Source: Flavobacteriales bacterium
GTDB lineage: Bacteria; Bacteroidota; Bacteroidia; Flavobacteriales; UBA1820
Assembly: GCA_017620815.1 (NCBI GenBank)
Contig: JAGAUI010000012.1
Span: forward strand, 856-64,855
Length of the DNA stretch: 64,000 bases
Direction: 5' to 3'
Shown here: positions 18,622 through 28,866 of the stretch, piece after piece
How positions within the stretch are numbered: position 1 is the first letter of the stretch
Layout of the letters: each line of letters begins with the position of its first letter
Position numbers and translations under genes: made by a program
Notes under the pieces: model-generated
Databases searched by the model: none
What the model saw: only the letters and a program-made list of their open reading frames with translations
What the model was told of the DNA's origin: nothing

Positions 18622-19557
18622 TTAGAACAATTTCATATCGTCAAGAGCTTTAAGCACTCCGCGTACTGCATCGGCAGAAGTGTAAAGGTCGCTCTTTTCT
18701 TTTTCGTCTAGGTCTAGCTCTATTACTTTTTCTATACCGTCCTTGCCCAATACTACTGGCACACCTAGGTATAGGTCTTTAAGACCATATTCACCAGTAA
18801 GCCATGCACATACAGGAACGATTTTCTTCTGGTCTAGAAGGATAGCTTCTACCATAGATGCTGCTGCTGCACCTGGAGCATACCAAGCAGATGTTCCTAG
18901 CAGTTTAACTAGCTCACCACCACCTACTTTGGCACGTTCTATGATTTCGTTAAGGCGTTCTTCTGCTACAAACTGAGTTACAGGGATACCCTGTACAGTA
19001 GTGTATTTAGGTAGTGGAACCATAGTATCACCATGTCCACCTAGTAGAAGAGCCTGAATATCGGCAGGAGAGCAACCTATTTCGGTAGAAAGGAATGCAC
19101 GATAACGAGCTGTGTCTAGGACACCTGCCATACCCATTACTCTATTGGCTGGAAGACCAGTAGCACGGAATGCACAGTATGTCATTACGTCTAGAGGGTT
19201 GGATACGATGATGATTTTGGCATCGGGAGAGTATTTTACTATCTGTTCTGTCACAGATTTTACGATACCAGCATTGATACCTATAAGGTCATCACGGCTC
19301 ATACCCGGTTTACGTGGCACACCAGATGTTACCACTACAACGTCTGAACCAGCTGTTTTTGAATAGTCATTGGTAGAACCTGTAAGACGGGTATTGAAAC
19401 CACGTATAGGGGCTGTCTGCCAAATGTCCAATGCTTTACCTTCTGCTACACCTTCCTTGATGTCCAGAATAACGATTTCGTCAACAAAATTGCGTACAGC
19501 TAGAACGTCTGCACATGTTGCACCTACGTTTCCTGCACCTACTACTGTTACTTTCAT
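18622..19557 (-). CDS. mdh: malate dehydrogenase (LDH-like MDH)
   Basis: 311 aa. It has VVGAGNVGA, the substrate-specificity arginine context G.PRKPGMSRDDL, and GGHGDTMVP. A possible TAaaTTTG box lies at 19610-19617 on the minus strand. Confidence 0.93.
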   Translation of the reverse strand: MKVTVVGAGNVGATCADVLAVRNFVDEIVILDIKEGVAEGKALDIWQTAPIRGFNTRLTGSTNDYSKTAGSDVVVVTSGVPRKPGMSRDDLIGINAGIVKSVTEQIVKYSPDAKIIIVSNPLDVMTYCAFRATGLPANRVMGMAGVLDTARYRAFLSTEIGCSPADIQALLLGGHGDTMVPLPKYTTVQGIPVTQFVAEERLNEIIERAKVGGGELVKLLGTSAWYAPGAAAASMVEAILLDQKKIVPVCAWLTGEYGLKDLYLGVPVVLGKDGIEKVIELDLDEKEKSDLYTSADAVRGVLKALDDMKLF

Positions 19558-19658
19558 GATATGCTAATGTTTTTTATGGTTTAAAATTTATCTTTTACCT
19601 AGGGATAAGCAAATTTATGTAAATACTATCAATTTCACAATGATGTAATCACATAAAA

Positions 19659-20303
19659 TTATTTTTCTTTTTTATCTCCCGAAAGATATGACGACATCTG
19701 CCCCCAAGTGGGTTTTACAGTGGATTCTCCCTTGTGCCACCCAGCTGGGCACACATCTCCCCACTCTCTATAATACTGGAAAGCATCTACCACACGCAAT
19801 ACATCATCTACATCGCGTGTGATGGTGATGTCATTTATACTCTCGTGTCGTACCACACCATCGCGGTCTATAAGGAAAAGCCCGCGGAAAGCTACCATAG
19901 TAGGGCTATCGGCACGCAACATATCATCATCGTCATAGTAATAATCACCTGTGAGGACTCCGTAATTTTTGGCCATGGTCTTGTTTTTATCTGAAACAAT
20001 TGGGTATGTTACACCTTTTATACCCCCATATTCTACAGGTATCTGTAGCCAAGCCAGATGGGACTGTTCTGTATCACAGCTCACAGCTATGAGTTTCACA
20101 TTCCTCTCTTCAAAATCCTTTTTTCTTTTTGAAAAGGCTATCAGTTCGGTGGGGCAGACCATTGAAAAATCCATAGGATAGAAAAACATAACGACATCGT
20201 GTCGTCCCGCATATTTTTCTAGGGTAAATTCAGTGATTATTTTTTCCCCGTCCACAACGGCTGTCTCCTTAAACCAAGGAGCTTTTTTTCCTACTAGTGA
20301 CAT
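19659..20303 (-). CDS. typical 2-Cys peroxiredoxin (AhpC/Prx1 class, long Bacteroidota subtype)
   Basis: 214 aa. The peroxidatic Cys sits in FYPMDFSMVCPTE and the resolving Cys in DVCPAGW. Confidence 0.9.
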   Translation of the reverse strand: MSLVGKKAPWFKETAVVDGEKIITEFTLEKYAGRHDVVMFFYPMDFSMVCPTELIAFSKRKKDFEERNVKLIAVSCDTEQSHLAWLQIPVEYGGIKGVTYPIVSDKNKTMAKNYGVLTGDYYYDDDDMLRADSPTMVAFRGLFLIDRDGVVRHESINDITITRDVDDVLRVVDAFQYYREWGDVCPAGWHKGESTVKPTWGQMSSYLSGDKKEK

Positions 20304-20525
20304 AGTTTTCTGTTTTTAAGGTTAATCTACTCCTGCCAATGTAGCAAATTTTATCCTCTATCCCATACACAAGACGTTAAATCACCACCTCCCAATGACT
20401 TATCATATTTTATGAAGAGATAATAAATATCTATTTCAATCCTTTATCTAGATATCTTTTTGTATATTTGCCCATAGGGACAGCCGTCCTTTATCATACT
20501 ATCATAACATAAACATTACATAACG

Positions 20526-20798
20526 ATGGCAAGCATTAAAAACCTTAAAAAAGAATTGGTATATACTTACGGAGCTCTACTAGACGAGTGCTACATAGTA
20601 CAGATGGTCGTTCCTTCTATAGACGCAAAAGAAGTAGAAACTCTATGTGAGGATATAGAAAACCAATATGCACAGATGGCTGCTGCCGCTGGTGCATTGA
20701 AAGGTAAAAAAGAAGCTGCCGTAGCATTGCGTAAAGAATTTAACGCATCGGTAGATGAACTGGTAGAAAAGATACAGAAACTCATAGAGAAAAAATAA
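20526..20798 (+). CDS. hypothetical small helical protein
   Basis: 90-aa ORF with coding-like composition. A TAtaTTTG box at 20463-20470 lies 55 nt upstream. I recognise no family. Confidence 0.45.
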   Translation: MASIKNLKKELVYTYGALLDECYIVQMVVPSIDAKEVETLCEDIENQYAQMAAAAGALKGKKEAAVALRKEFNASVDELVEKIQKLIEKK

Positions 20799-20899
20799 TC
20801 TTTTTTACTAGATAAGATATATCATTACACGCCCTCTATATAGACGGGTGTGTAGTGTTGTGTTAATAGATACTAGATATAAACTATACGCCCCGCCAA

Positions 20900-23023
20900 G
20901 TGAATAAAAAAAATCTGTTTTTATCCCTGCTTATCATAGCTACCACAGTGCTATATGCAGGTCGTCTAGACAAAGCGTTTGAGGCTCTTGATATGCACGA
21001 CTACTTCCGTGCCAAGGAGTTATTTGAAAAATCACTCAAAAGTGATGCCATGCTATCACACTATGGGCTGAGTATCATCTATTCCCGTAACAACAACCCT
21101 TTCTATAATCTGGATACAGCCTACGCCCATATACAGCATAGCCTAGACGCATATGACCTTATAAAATCCAAAGACCTTAAAAAACTCATAGAAGAAGAAA
21201 ATATAAACAAAGATACTCTCTATGCTCAACGTCAAAATATAGCATCACTAGCTCTAGACGAAGCTCGTAAAAGACTATCTATAGCCTCCATAGAATACGT
21301 TATACAGAAATACCCTTTCAGTTCCCGTTATGAGGAAGCTGTAACGTGCAGGGATTCGCTGGCATTTGCACTTACAGAAAAACAAAACACTTGGACGGCA
21401 TACAAGAGCTTTATCAATTCATATCCCAATGCAGCTCAAGTACCACTAGCCAATGAAAGATATGAACGTCTGCTCTATGAATCATCTACCAAAGACCGCA
21501 CTGCCGAACAATACTTTGCATTTGTTTCTGCATATCCTTCTAGTCCCTATGCCAGTGAGGCTCACAAACTACTCTATGAACTTACCGTACCTACACATAC
21601 ACTGGAAGAGTATTCGTCATTTGTAAATCTATATCCTTCCAGCCCCTATGCCAATGAGGCTCACAAGGCTATATATCATTTGTGGTTTTCAGATTTCTCC
21701 CAAAGAGAACTATCTACATTCTGTGCTGCATTCCCTCGCTCTCCATTTATACCCAAAGCCAGAGCTATGGTAGAGCAGAACACAGGCTCTACACATTACT
21801 ACCCTATACTATCCCAAGAGCGACTGTATGGATTTGTATCTCACGAAGGAAAAATTATAGTTCCTGCCAAATATGAATTTGTAGATGATTTTTCATCATC
21901 GGCAGCTATGGTGGGACGAGCAGATAAGATATCTTATGTAGATATAGAGGGTGAGGAACTTATGCCATTTGAGTGGGAAGACGGTATGCCATTTGAAAGA
22001 GAGCTGGCTGTGGTAATGAAAGATGACTATCTGGGTGTTATAAATAAAGTAGGAGGAATCATTATCCCTGCCGAATATGACAATATCTATCTGGATAAGA
22101 CCTCGCCCATCCTTACAGAAAGAGAGGGAGTGTATCGTTTCTATTCCCGCAGAGGAAAACCTCTGTTTTCTGAATATGAGAATGCTCGTCCTTATGCTTT
22201 TTCCCGTGCAGTAGTAAAAGAAGGGGAAGAACTCAACGTGATATCTCTTTCAGGAGAAAAGCTATTCGGTGGACAATACAAGGACATTCGTATCATATCA
22301 GACACTCTTATGGTCATACAGGACACAACTGGACTATGGAGCCTAGCCAATATACAAGGCGAGATACTCACCAAAAAGAAATATGAACAGATAGGAGATT
22401 TCAGCGAAGGTCTTGCACCGGTAGTCCTTAAAGGTAAATATGGCTACATAGATATCTATGGAGCAGAAAAGATAGCTGTAAACACATCTTATAACGCATC
22501 ATCTCTTAAAGAAGTAGCGTTTAAGGATTCTCGTGCACGTACTACATACCGCGGGAAACACGGCATGATAGACCCTAATGGACGTCGTCTAGTACCAAAT
22601 CTTTTTGATGATATAATAACATCTACCCAATGGCCAGTGCCAATCCAGAAAGGAGGACTATGGGGATATGTAGGCAAAGGCGGAGTAAACATAGCCATTC
22701 GTTGTACTTATGATGCAGTACAGCCATTTGTAAACGGACGTGCGATAGTGGTTAAAAAAGGTATGTGGGGCGTTATAAACACCAGCGGGCAAATAGTTAT
22801 ACCTCTGGAATACTCAAACATAGAACCTATATCATCTGGCCGTATGTACATAGTAGCACAAAGCGGAAAGATGGGAATCATATCGGCCGATGGCAAGACA
22901 ATACTACCCATAGAATATGAACGTCTTAAAGAATATAGTGACGGAGTATTGCAGATATTTATGAATGGCGAATTCCTTTATTTTGACATTCGTACAGGTA
23001 AATATATCTACAAGGGTAATTGA
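20900..23023 (+). CDS. WG-repeat (KWG-type) protein with an N-terminal TPR-like/outer-membrane-lipoprotein-like repeat region
   Basis: 707 aa with a GTG start and a signal peptide. The C-terminal half has repeated ..G.WG.I...G..I.P..Y units. The N-terminal half has repeated YP.SPYA.EAHK units. Confidence 0.6.
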   Translation: MNKKNLFLSLLIIATTVLYAGRLDKAFEALDMHDYFRAKELFEKSLKSDAMLSHYGLSIIYSRNNNPFYNLDTAYAHIQHSLDAYDLIKSKDLKKLIEEENINKDTLYAQRQNIASLALDEARKRLSIASIEYVIQKYPFSSRYEEAVTCRDSLAFALTEKQNTWTAYKSFINSYPNAAQVPLANERYERLLYESSTKDRTAEQYFAFVSAYPSSPYASEAHKLLYELTVPTHTLEEYSSFVNLYPSSPYANEAHKAIYHLWFSDFSQRELSTFCAAFPRSPFIPKARAMVEQNTGSTHYYPILSQERLYGFVSHEGKIIVPAKYEFVDDFSSSAAMVGRADKISYVDIEGEELMPFEWEDGMPFERELAVVMKDDYLGVINKVGGIIIPAEYDNIYLDKTSPILTEREGVYRFYSRRGKPLFSEYENARPYAFSRAVVKEGEELNVISLSGEKLFGGQYKDIRIISDTLMVIQDTTGLWSLANIQGEILTKKKYEQIGDFSEGLAPVVLKGKYGYIDIYGAEKIAVNTSYNASSLKEVAFKDSRARTTYRGKHGMIDPNGRRLVPNLFDDIITSTQWPVPIQKGGLWGYVGKGGVNIAIRCTYDAVQPFVNGRAIVVKKGMWGVINTSGQIVIPLEYSNIEPISSGRMYIVAQSGKMGIISADGKTILPIEYERLKEYSDGVLQIFMNGEFLYFDIRTGKYIYKGN

Positions 23024-23031
23024 TGATATCC

Positions 23032-23082
23032 TCGGCGATAATAAAAGCGGCACCCTGCGGGTGCCGCTTTTATTATCGCCGA
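23032..23082. terminator. bidirectional terminator, 51-nt perfect palindrome (24-bp stem)
   Basis: tcggcgataataaaagcggcaccc-tgc-gggtgccgcttttattatcgccga. I checked every one of the 24 pairs by hand. Confidence 0.8.
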
Positions 23083-23094
23083 TTTCACAGTGTA

Positions 23095-23697
23095 TTACAA
23101 CTCCAGTGCCAACTGCTCATATGTAAGACGGAATGACATTCTATGATGAGGAGTAGTCCCATATTTTGCTATTGCTTGACGGTGGTCTGTAGTGGGATAG
23201 CCTTTGTTTTTATCCCATCTATATTGCGGATAATCCTGTGCAAGAGACCTCATCAATTCATCACGATGTGTCTTGGCTAGTACCGATGCCGCCGCTATGG
23301 GATAATATGTAGCATCGCCCTTGACTATACAACGATGTGGTATCCCTCTATGACTACGGAAACGGTTACCGTCTATAAGTAACAGCTCTGGAGTGACAGA
23401 TAGGCGGTCTATGCTCTTCTGCATAGCCTCTACCGATGCCCACAGGATATTTATCTCATCTATACGCTCTGGTGGCAGGTGTGTTACTGACCACGATATA
23501 GCCTCACGTTCTATCTCCTCACGCAATACATCGCGGGTACGTTCTGTAAGCTGTTTGGAGTCGTTGAGCAAATCATTGTGATAGTCTGGTGGCAGAATGA
23601 CAGCAGCAGCCGTTACGGGTCCCGCCAGACAACCTCTACCAGCTTCATCGGCACCACATACTATGATACCTTTTTCTTCCCAATGTATAAGTGACAT
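23095..23697 (-). CDS. rnhB: ribonuclease HII
   Basis: 200 aa. It has G.DEAGRG.LAGPV and DSK.L catalytic motifs. A TAttTTTG box lies at 23718-23725 on the minus strand, 20 nt upstream. Confidence 0.93.
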   Translation of the reverse strand: MSLIHWEEKGIIVCGADEAGRGCLAGPVTAAAVILPPDYHNDLLNDSKQLTERTRDVLREEIEREAISWSVTHLPPERIDEINILWASVEAMQKSIDRLSVTPELLLIDGNRFRSHRGIPHRCIVKGDATYYPIAAASVLAKTHRDELMRSLAQDYPQYRWDKNKGYPTTDHRQAIAKYGTTPHHRMSFRLTYEQLALEL

Positions 23698-23738
23698 AAT
23701 TTTTTACATTTGAAAGGCAAAAATATGATTTTTATAAC

Positions 23739-23746
23739 TATTTTTG
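23739..23746 (+). promoter_or_regulatory. Bacteroides -7 box (TAttTTTG) upstream of the TlpA-like gene
   Basis: Exact TAnnTTTG match, 43 nt upstream of the ATG at 23790. Confidence 0.35.
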
Positions 23747-23789
23747 AAACCTAAAATCATCATTACAAATATCTAAATCATTTTATAGT

Positions 23790-24944
23790 ATGAAAAAAGT
23801 TCTCAAGTGGACATTTCTAGTATTCATAGTACTGTGTGCCTTCTTTTCACTTACACAGGTAAGAGAAAATACCATCACAGGTAACATGGAAAACCTCACA
23901 GCAGGAGACAAAGTATATGTAACATCCTACCATGCGTCCAAAAAGGCTTGGGTGGTGGATGACTCTACTATCGTGGAGAAAGACGGCGAATTTGCTATCA
24001 GCACCACAGACAAAAACGAAATCATTCACCTTCATTTTGTCAAGACAGGAGATAGCCTAGACGTAACCAAATCCTATGCCAACCTCTATCTAGAAAACTT
24101 AGGCAAATACACCGTAACAGGCGATGCTGCCTTACCTTCTCTAGATAAAATCATAGGCAGAGTATATAACTACCCCGAAATGATGGAAATAGACTCACTT
24201 AAAGATAGAATGGACGATATCTATGAACAATATAGAAATATACGCAAGAGCGATAGTCCAGACACTGCCTCTATGAGAGCCCTTATGGAAGAATATAACG
24301 ACATAGAAGAAAAATGCAACGGTCTATATAAAGTAGTTATAACCAACTATCCAGATGATACACATTCTGCATACTTCCTTAAAAATAGCTATATCATCAC
24401 CCCAGAAAACATAAGCGAAGTAGATAGTCTATATAACACACTAGGTGAAAATGCTATCAAGAGCAGCTATGCACGTGATGTAAAGAAAAACATAGACAAC
24501 CTATCATCATCTCTAGTGGGAGGAGAAGCAGCCGATTTTGCTCTTACAGATATCACTACAGGAGATACTTTACGTCTTTCAGATAAAAGAGGAAGTATCA
24601 CTCTGGTAGAGTTTTGGGCTTCGTGGTGTCCTCCTTGCCGTGCTAGCAACCCACATCTGGTAGAACTATATAAGAAATACCACCCTGCTGGACTGGAAGT
24701 TATAGGTGTGGCTACTAGTGATAAAGAAGAAAATTGGAAGAAAGCTATAGAAGACGATGGTCTACTATGGCATCAAGTAAATTCCAGCGAAGAGGTAAAA
24801 GGTCAAGATAATATCGCCAAAAGATATGGTGTAGCATATATCCCTACATCTATCATAGTAGATAAAGAAGGCAAGATAATCTACCGCGGTGAACCCGATG
24901 GAGTAGAAGAAATGCTCAAGAGCCTATTCCCAGATGTAAAATAA
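23790..24944 (+). CDS. TlpA-family thiol:disulfide oxidoreductase with an N-terminal DUF4369-like domain
   Basis: 384 aa with a signal/anchor sequence and a C-terminal thioredoxin fold carrying the WASWCPPC active site. Confidence 0.85.
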   Translation: MKKVLKWTFLVFIVLCAFFSLTQVRENTITGNMENLTAGDKVYVTSYHASKKAWVVDDSTIVEKDGEFAISTTDKNEIIHLHFVKTGDSLDVTKSYANLYLENLGKYTVTGDAALPSLDKIIGRVYNYPEMMEIDSLKDRMDDIYEQYRNIRKSDSPDTASMRALMEEYNDIEEKCNGLYKVVITNYPDDTHSAYFLKNSYIITPENISEVDSLYNTLGENAIKSSYARDVKKNIDNLSSSLVGGEAADFALTDITTGDTLRLSDKRGSITLVEFWASWCPPCRASNPHLVELYKKYHPAGLEVIGVATSDKEENWKKAIEDDGLLWHQVNSSEEVKGQDNIAKRYGVAYIPTSIIVDKEGKIIYRGEPDGVEEMLKSLFPDVK

Positions 24945-24978
24945 AGATTTTTTATACATTTTCCCGCCACATGCGGGA

Positions 24979-25015
24979 CATTCGGCAGCCACTCGTGTGG
25001 CTGCCGAATGTTTTT
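24979..25015 (+). terminator. intrinsic terminator
   Basis: cattcggcagccac-tcgt-gtggctgccgaatg has a 14-bp perfect stem followed by TTTTT. Confidence 0.8.
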
Positions 25016-25146
25016 CGGGGTATTTTTACAGTATTTAATAGTTAAAAAATAATAATTCAAAATGCGCCTGATGATACTACAACGCCGATTTATGATACAG
25101 AAAAACATAAAAAGCAGTGAAAGTGAGATTTTTACATTTTTTTTAT

Positions 25147-25154
25147 TACCTTTG
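25147..25154 (+). promoter_or_regulatory. Bacteroides -7 box (TAccTTTG)
   Basis: Exact TAnnTTTG match, 53 nt upstream of the ATG at 25208. Confidence 0.35.
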
Positions 25155-25207
25155 TGCCCTGATTTAGAACGAGTAAGAAAACGTAGAAACTAATTTAATT
25201 TTTAAAT

Positions 25208-25510
25208 ATGGCAATCAAAAAAGTTTATTCAAAAAACAAACCCGAATGTAAAGTAACATTCAGCGTACCTGTAGAAAACGTACCAGAAAAAGCCAAATTG
25301 TTTTTGGCTGGAGAATTCAATAATTGGGAGGAGACTTCTCTACGTATGGCCAAAAGAAACGGCGAATACATAAGAACTCTTGTTCTTCCTACAGGAGCTA
25401 GCTATCAGTTCAAATACAATGTAGATGGACAGTATTGGATTAATGACGATGCTGCCGACTCTTACCCACAGAACGCTTTTGGCGGTGACAACTCACAGAT
25501 AGACCTTTAA
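25208..25510 (+). CDS. small glycogen-binding / early-set (CBM48, AMPK-beta-like) domain protein
   Basis: 100 aa. The pattern V.F.....A..V.LAGEFNNW.......M......Y......L..G.Y.FKY.VDG.W..D is typical of CBM48/E-set modules. Confidence 0.55.
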   Translation: MAIKKVYSKNKPECKVTFSVPVENVPEKAKLFLAGEFNNWEETSLRMAKRNGEYIRTLVLPTGASYQFKYNVDGQYWINDDAADSYPQNAFGGDNSQIDL

Positions 25511-25535
25511 TAGTCTTATCTTATAATTTATATCT

Positions 25536-25570
25536 GAGCCTCGCACGATGTGCGAGGCTCGGTTTTTTTT
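25536..25570 (+). terminator. intrinsic terminator
   Basis: gagcctcgca-cgatg-tgcgaggctc followed by ggTTTTTTTT. Confidence 0.85.
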
Positions 25571-25607
25571 ATGGACATTAAAAGCCTAGATATAAGGAAG
25601 AACATTT

Positions 25608-25640
25608 AAAAAATCCCCGCCCGAAAGGGCGGGGATTTTT
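25608..25640. terminator. bidirectional intrinsic terminator (serves the minus-strand SGNH gene)
   Basis: aaatccccgccc-gaaa-gggcggggattt with A/T runs on both sides. Confidence 0.8.
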
Positions 25641-25658
25641 CACCTAATATGTCAAAAA

Positions 25659-26762
25659 TTATTTAGTAGATTTTTTAACAAGTTTGTTTACAGTAGGATA
25701 TAGGTATTCTGCCATACGTATAAATCCTAGGTCGGTAAAGTGTGTGCCATCTACTGTAGCTTCTTCGTCATAGCCTATGAATGGGTCGGCATCCATATAA
25801 TAGACGTTTTTGTCTGTCTTGCGTATCTCGTTGTACAGTTCTACTAGACGAGCGTCTTTTTCGGCAACAGATTTTTCTGTTTCGGTGTTAAGACGACGAT
25901 ATGTGTAGTGAGCATTACCACATAGTATGATAGGAGTAGTAGGATGAGCATCACGCAATATCTTTATAAATGGTTTAAGACGGTCTAGTTGTGCCTTGCT
26001 GCAGTTTGCCATGTTATCCATTATATAAAGCGAAGCATCTGTACGAGCCATAAGACGTGCTATTTCATAGTCTAGACGTCCGTTACCAGAGAAACCTAGA
26101 TTTATGAACTCTCTCTGCATCCAACGCGAAAGAATAGATGTGTATGCCATACCGGGGCGGTTGGCACAGCCACCTTGTGTGATACTAGTACCATATACTA
26201 CAACTGGTTTCTCTCTCACTGGTAGATTAACCTGTGGTGCCTCTAGACGGCTACGAGAGTAAGTACCTATTTCTATCTTGGTAGTGCAGTCATACAGCGA
26301 AGCATATAGCATATATTCACGCATAGAACCGTCCATATTATCTATGATACGAGATGTAAACGTGCCTTTGGAATAACCTGGGCGACCAGAACCTACAAAA
26401 ACCCATTTATCTCCTTCCAGACAATAAAGGTCTAGACCCTTGATACCAGTAGGAGTCATGTGGTTCATCCAGGTATTGTTAAGCACTGTCCAACGCAATG
26501 ATATGCGTTTTGAGTCTGTACGGAAACGTACATATACACCTGCCGAATTTTTACCTAAATCCCATAGTTCTTTACGTATAGAATCTTTAAGGTAAGCTGG
26601 CAGACGGTCATATGGGTCTTCTAGACCTTCGCGGGTAACCTGTCCCATTACAGGGAAGGAAAGAGCATCTGTGTAGTGAAGAGTGTCTTTGACTTCGGTA
26701 TCTTGTGCATAAGACGACACTGCCAAAAGACATAGAGCGATAGTAGATAAAAATTTTTTCAT
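25659..26762 (-). CDS. SGNH/GDSL hydrolase (CE2-like esterase with an N-terminal beta-sandwich domain)
   Basis: 367 aa with a signal peptide. Block I is VVYGTSITQGG (Ser nucleophile) and block V is DGTHFTD (Asp/His). A TAtaTTTG box lies at 26801-26808 on the minus strand, 38 nt upstream. Confidence 0.7.
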   Translation of the reverse strand: MKKFLSTIALCLLAVSSYAQDTEVKDTLHYTDALSFPVMGQVTREGLEDPYDRLPAYLKDSIRKELWDLGKNSAGVYVRFRTDSKRISLRWTVLNNTWMNHMTPTGIKGLDLYCLEGDKWVFVGSGRPGYSKGTFTSRIIDNMDGSMREYMLYASLYDCTTKIEIGTYSRSRLEAPQVNLPVREKPVVVYGTSITQGGCANRPGMAYTSILSRWMQREFINLGFSGNGRLDYEIARLMARTDASLYIMDNMANCSKAQLDRLKPFIKILRDAHPTTPIILCGNAHYTYRRLNTETEKSVAEKDARLVELYNEIRKTDKNVYYMDADPFIGYDEEATVDGTHFTDLGFIRMAEYLYPTVNKLVKKSTK

Positions 26763-26969
26763 ATTATATATGTTGTATTAATTGATTTCTAACATAGGTA
26801 CAAATATAACCACTATTTTTTCATCTAGCTAACCCTTACATATTATTTATTTACACACAAGGGATAGGTATGAGGAAAATGTACTTAAATTTAAATAACT
26901 AGTTAGGTTTTGCAAAGCGGTATATCCACACTATATTTAAAATAGGAAACCAAAACCAATGAAACTATT

Positions 26970-27446
26970 ATGAAATCCAAGATTATTTTACTCGCTCTAG
27001 TAGCGTTGCCATTCTTTATGACATCATGCCATCACTCTCCTAGCCAAGAGGCTATGAAAAAAGCAGCACAGACCATCACCGAAGACTTTGTAACGGGGAA
27101 TATAGATGGTTTTATAGCATCACTGGATACTACGGTGCGTTCCTTCTACCCTGCCGATGAAGTCCTAGCTGCATACCAAGCCATTAGCATGATAATGGGT
27201 GCCCCCGATAAAAAATCCCGAGATACCCACATGGAAATGGTAGGCAAAAACCCTGTATTTACCGTCATAGTACCATACGAAGGAGGAAAGATAGCATATC
27301 AAACGGGATTTGACGAGAAAGGGAATATCATAGCATTTGCTCCCGAACCTATGCAGGCAGATATAGTCTATAGTGAAGAAGAGATAATCATCACTCCAGA
27401 CAGCACTATGAATATGGCATCGGCATCATCTTCCACGAGCAAATAA
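26970..27446 (+). CDS. hypothetical lipoprotein
   Basis: 158 aa with a signal peptide and lipobox (FFMTSC). I am not confident of any family. Confidence 0.45.
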   Translation: MKSKIILLALVALPFFMTSCHHSPSQEAMKKAAQTITEDFVTGNIDGFIASLDTTVRSFYPADEVLAAYQAISMIMGAPDKKSRDTHMEMVGKNPVFTVIVPYEGGKIAYQTGFDEKGNIIAFAPEPMQADIVYSEEEIIITPDSTMNMASASSSTSK

Positions 27447-27464
27447 AAACTCTATCCCTTCCTC

Positions 27465-27503
27465 ATCCCCTATACCTTAAAGTGTAGGGGATATTCTTTT
27501 TTT
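27465..27503 (+). terminator. intrinsic terminator
   Basis: atccccta (27465-72) pairs with taggggat (27485-92) and is followed by a T-rich run, ttcttttttt. Confidence 0.55.
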
Positions 27504-27575
27504 ATCACAAAAGTGAAAAAATGTATGGTTATTTCATCAAATAACAATACTTTTGATTTTCAGAAATAAAGTTAT

Positions 27576-28838
27576 ATGAAACGTCTATTTATAACGATAG
27601 CAGAGAGCATAGTTTTTGCATGGGACGCACTGGTTAAAAACAGGTTGCGTACTTTGCTGTCGTTATTGGGTATAAGCATAGGTATATTTTGTATAGTAGC
27701 TGTTCTTTCGGCTGTATCTTCACTTAAAAAAAATATAGATGATGACCTACGGTCTATGGGTGGAGATGTAGTCTATGTAGGCAAATGGCCTTGGGGAATA
27801 CATATGAATATACCATGGTGGGAGATACAGAAACGCCCTCACCCCATACCTTCTGAAGCCGAAGCATTGCGTCGTCGTATGCCACAACTTTCAGACCGTA
27901 TAACCATATCTATGACCACTACTCCACAGGTAAAGATAAATTCCCGTCGTGTGAATGACGCACAGATGGTAGCCGTGGACTATCAGTATGAAAATATAGA
28001 AGACCTCAAGATAAACGAAGGCCGTTTCTTCTCTCCTATAGAGTCTGTAAGCGGTGCTGCTGTGGCTGTGATAGGCTATGATATCTATGATGATTTCTTT
28101 TCTTCCCCAGGTGATGCCATAGGAAAAACACTGGTCTATAAGGGGCAGAAAGTAAAAATCATAGGTACGCTGGAAAAGGAAGGAGAGCAGACATTTGGTG
28201 TGGACAAGGACAATCGCATATTTGTACCATCACTTTTCTACCGTAAATATAACGTGATAAATGAAAAAAGCGGTGCCGAAATCCTCATAGCTCCTCTAGA
28301 AGGCAATGATATAGATATGGACGAACTGCTAAGCGAGATAAGAGGAAACATGCGTGTCATACGTCAGTTACCACCAGAAGAGGTAGATAATTTTGAACTT
28401 AATGTACCATCTGTCATAGCTACTACATTTGCTCCGCTGTATGCTATGCTTAACCTAGCAGGATGGATAATAGGTGGATTTTCTATGTTGGTAGGAGGGT
28501 TTGGCATAGCCAATATAATGTTTGTAAGTGTGAGAGAACGTACCCCACAGATAGGCATACAGAAATCTCTAGGAGCTAGGAATTATTTTATCCTGTTACA
28601 GTTTGTATTTGAAGCTATATTTTTATCTCTCATAGGAGGAATAGTGGGTATAGCTATGGTATGGGCAGCTCTTACTGGTGTCAATGCTATAAGTGATTCC
28701 ATCACGTTCTATCTTTCTGGAACAAATATAATGATAGGCATAACTATATCGGCTGTGATAGGCTTTCTATCTGGTATAGTACCTGCATATATGGGAGCTA
28801 GATTAAATCCTGTGGACGCCATACGCAGTGGGCAGTAA
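27576..28838 (+). CDS. MacB-like ABC transporter permease (MacB_PCD + FtsX domains)
   Basis: 420 aa. An N-terminal TM segment, a ~240-aa periplasmic domain and a C-terminal FtsX module (RT.QIGI.K.LGA....I..QF..E). A TActTTTG box lies at 27548-27555. Confidence 0.85.
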   Translation: MKRLFITIAESIVFAWDALVKNRLRTLLSLLGISIGIFCIVAVLSAVSSLKKNIDDDLRSMGGDVVYVGKWPWGIHMNIPWWEIQKRPHPIPSEAEALRRRMPQLSDRITISMTTTPQVKINSRRVNDAQMVAVDYQYENIEDLKINEGRFFSPIESVSGAAVAVIGYDIYDDFFSSPGDAIGKTLVYKGQKVKIIGTLEKEGEQTFGVDKDNRIFVPSLFYRKYNVINEKSGAEILIAPLEGNDIDMDELLSEIRGNMRVIRQLPPEEVDNFELNVPSVIATTFAPLYAMLNLAGWIIGGFSMLVGGFGIANIMFVSVRERTPQIGIQKSLGARNYFILLQFVFEAIFLSLIGGIVGIAMVWAALTGVNAISDSITFYLSGTNIMIGITISAVIGFLSGIVPAYMGARLNPVDAIRSGQ

Positions 28839-28866
28839 GCAATGTATAAATATATAAACACATATA

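Noticed and set aside
19659-20303. Acidic ~15-aa insertion (DYYYDDDDMLRADSPT) in the peroxiredoxin
   Set aside because: From memory, ~210-aa 2-Cys peroxiredoxins with an insertion at this position are a normal Bacteroidota subfamily. Both catalytic cysteines are intact. I do not consider it novel.
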